Shown here: positions 57,746 to 64,000 of the stretch, piece after piece
How positions within the stretch are numbered: position 1 is the first letter of the stretch
Layout: every line of letters begins with the position of its first letter
Source: Amoebidium appalachense
Lineage: Eukaryota; Protista; Ichthyosporea
Assembly (NCBI GenBank): GCA_963693365.1
Contig: CAVNZM010000016.1
Span: 7,175,029 to 7,239,028 of the forward strand
Length of the DNA: 64,000 nucleotides
Reading direction: 5' to 3'
The notes under the pieces: generated by a model
Seen by the model: only the letters and a program-made list of their open reading frames with translations
Databases searched by the model: none
Told to the model about the DNA's origin: nothing
Made by a program: the position numbers and the translations under genes

Positions 57746-58134
57746 GCCGCTGTGGCCGAGCGGGTAAGCTCCTCGCCTCCGACGCAGGAGGCACCTGGTT
57801 CGAATCCCGGGATGTAGCGCATTGGGGATCGGATGCCCTGATGGGACTCTCCTGGGTGCAGAACTCCTGGGCCCTCTAAGCTACAACTCCAACCGGGGTA
57901 CATAGCCTTCGGATGCCTTGGCTATTCCGGAAAGTTTTTTTTCATGAGCGGTTTTTTCTTTATCCCGGGATATCTGCGACATCTCGCCTTTTCACATTCT
58001 ATCAATAAAGTCATTATAAAAAAATCATGAGCGGTTTTTTTTTATCCCGGGATATCTGCGATATCTCGCCTTTTCACCTTCTATGAGCACATCAATAAAG
58101 TCATTATGATATATATATATAAAATAAAAAAAAA
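57746..58134 (+). mobile_element. tRNA-derived SINE-like element (or Pol III ncRNA) with duplicated 3' segment and AT/A tail
   Basis: A box TGGCCGAGCGG (57753), B box GGTTCGAATCC (57797), anticodon-like loop CT-CCG-AC, but the acceptor, anticodon and T stems are mismatched. T8 run at 57935-57942; two ~80-bp repeats each with AATAAA (57942-58020, 58025-58107); (AT)n-A tail. Confidence 0.65.
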
Positions 58135-58547
58135 GACTTGAGTCCCGTAGAGCTGTTGACAGTAATATCCTAAGTCGTAATGTTCGCCTGTTATCAACAT
58201 ACAGACAAACGCATTAATACACGCACATATAGCTCTAGTACCTCTACCATCCAGGTGCACATGTACTTCGAATTCACTGGCTCTCTGTGCCTTTCCCTAG
58301 TTCGAAAGATTTCCAATAGGTTAGTGATTGATCGGGAACCATCTCAGCTCTTTTCCTTGCAGCCACCAGCATATATGACTTGTTAAAGCCTCACATGTTT
58401 ACACTCTTGGTACTTATACTTGACATGTTATAAACGTAGTGCACGGTACACAGAGTAACATACTACCGTTTGCTTTAAAGCAGTATGGCGTATGACAGCA
58501 CACCAAAAAAGGATCTGTTTCGATAGTTACTCAGTTGTGTGGGGAGG

Positions 58548-62917
<4,370 letters not shown>

Positions 62918-62921
<4 letters not shown>

Positions 62922-63110
62922 GTATGTGGTGTGCATTTCATCGGTCTGTTCTGGTGTTAGAAAGTATGCGGTGTGCATTCCATCGGTCTATTGGTGTTAT
63001 AAAAAGTATGTGGTGTGCATTCCATCGGTCTATTCTGGTGTTAGGAAGGATGTGGTGTGCATTCCATCTGTCTATTTGGGTGTTAAAAGTATGTGGTGTG
63101 CATTGCATGG
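62918..63110 (+). repeat. 42-bp tandem repeat (~4.5 units) beginning at the DHHC exon-4 splice donor
   Basis: Units start at 62922, 62964, 63006, 63048, 63089; consensus GTATGTGGTGTGCATTCCATCGGTCTATTCTGGTGTTARAAA. Confidence 0.9.
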
Positions 63111-63197
63111 GTCTTTTGTTGTGTCCAAATCTTGGTACTTCTCATGGACACATGTGCCTCTAGACTTTACCTTCCTGCTTAATGGGGCGTTATCCCT

Positions 63198-63244
<47 letters not shown>

Positions 63245-63480
63245 CCCCCTCCCTCCCCTCCTTCTTTCCCCACATCCACACCCACACAAAGAGAAGGCGG
63301 GGGGGGGGGGGGGGGGGGGGTATGGAGAAGAGGCTGTTATCACTTTCCTGCTAGTGCAGCAATGAGACGTGCCTGTCCATGACGTTTGCACTTTCATGTT
63401 TTTGCTTCATCCCTCCTCCTTGCCTTGCGTACTGCTGTAACACCCCCCCCTCCTCCCCCCCTCCCGCCCTCCACTTTTTT

Positions 63481-63696
63481 CGCCTCTGATCAAGACGGGT
63501 AACCCGCACGTGTTCAAGTTAAGTTGTATCTGAGTCGGGTTCGTCGACGAGGTGAATGGGTCGAAACTGGGGTACTGTGGATGACTTGGGCCCCCCATGA
63601 GGATGGGCTCTGCGTATCATGCATACGCTTTTGTGTGTAGTTTGCACCCTGCCTTATGTTATAATATGTACTTCGTACTTTATAACAACTTCTAAC
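63481..63696 (+). mobile_element. Diverged copy of structured repeat family (B-like) in DHHC intron 4
   Basis: TCTGATCAAGACGGGT...GTATCTGAGTC...TCGTCGACGA...GGGTCGAAACTGGGGTAC...GAGGATGGGCTCTGC...GTACTTCGTAC...TTCTAAC-polyC. Confidence 0.8.
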
Positions 63697-63752
63697 CCTC
63701 TCCCCCCCCCCCCCCCCCCCCTCCCCCCTTGCCCCACGACCACCACCGTCAC

Positions 63753-63806
<54 letters not shown>

Positions 63807-63855
63807 ACGCACACGCACACGCACACGCACACGCACACGCACACGCACACGCACG

Positions 63856-63913
<58 letters not shown>

Positions 63914-63940
63914 CACACGCACACGCACACACGCACGCAC

Positions 63941-64000
<60 letters not shown>

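Noticed and set aside
57746-57820. Functional tRNA-Arg(CCG) gene
   Set aside because: Acceptor, anticodon and T stems contain mismatches or length errors; treated as a tRNA-derived element.

Overview
Intron-dense eukaryotic nuclear DNA saturated with (CA)n/(GT)n/(GA)n microsatellites and poly-C/poly-G tracts, so nearly all ORFs in the supplied track are spurious. By hand-splicing GT-AG introns I can support eight genes: malonyl-CoA:ACP transacylase (-, runs off the left edge), a Maf-family nucleotide pyrophosphatase (+, 7 exons), Myc (-, uninterrupted CDS), mitochondrial ribosomal protein S14 (-), DHX15/Prp43 (+, 12 exons), acetyl-CoA acetyltransferase (-, 12 exons), a secreted Agd3/CE18-like polysaccharide deacetylase (+) and a DHHC palmitoyltransferase (+, runs off the right edge). 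A genuine Myc together with a fungal/bacterial-type Agd3 suggests a unicellular holozoan, possibly an ichthyosporean (inference only). Mobile DNA includes a non-autonomous hAT-type element with TIRs and an 8-bp TSD, and a tRNA-derived SINE-like element. The most unusual signal is a dispersed ~420-nt non-coding element family (about 10 copies or fragments, two subfamilies). Its copies share one 3' end abutting poly-C, are variably 5'-truncated, lie sense to their host introns, and show compensatory base changes supporting a pseudoknotted RNA fold. The second is an intron architecture in which many acceptors have (CA)n or (GT)n instead of a polypyrimidine tract, and several introns have complementary repeats at their two ends.
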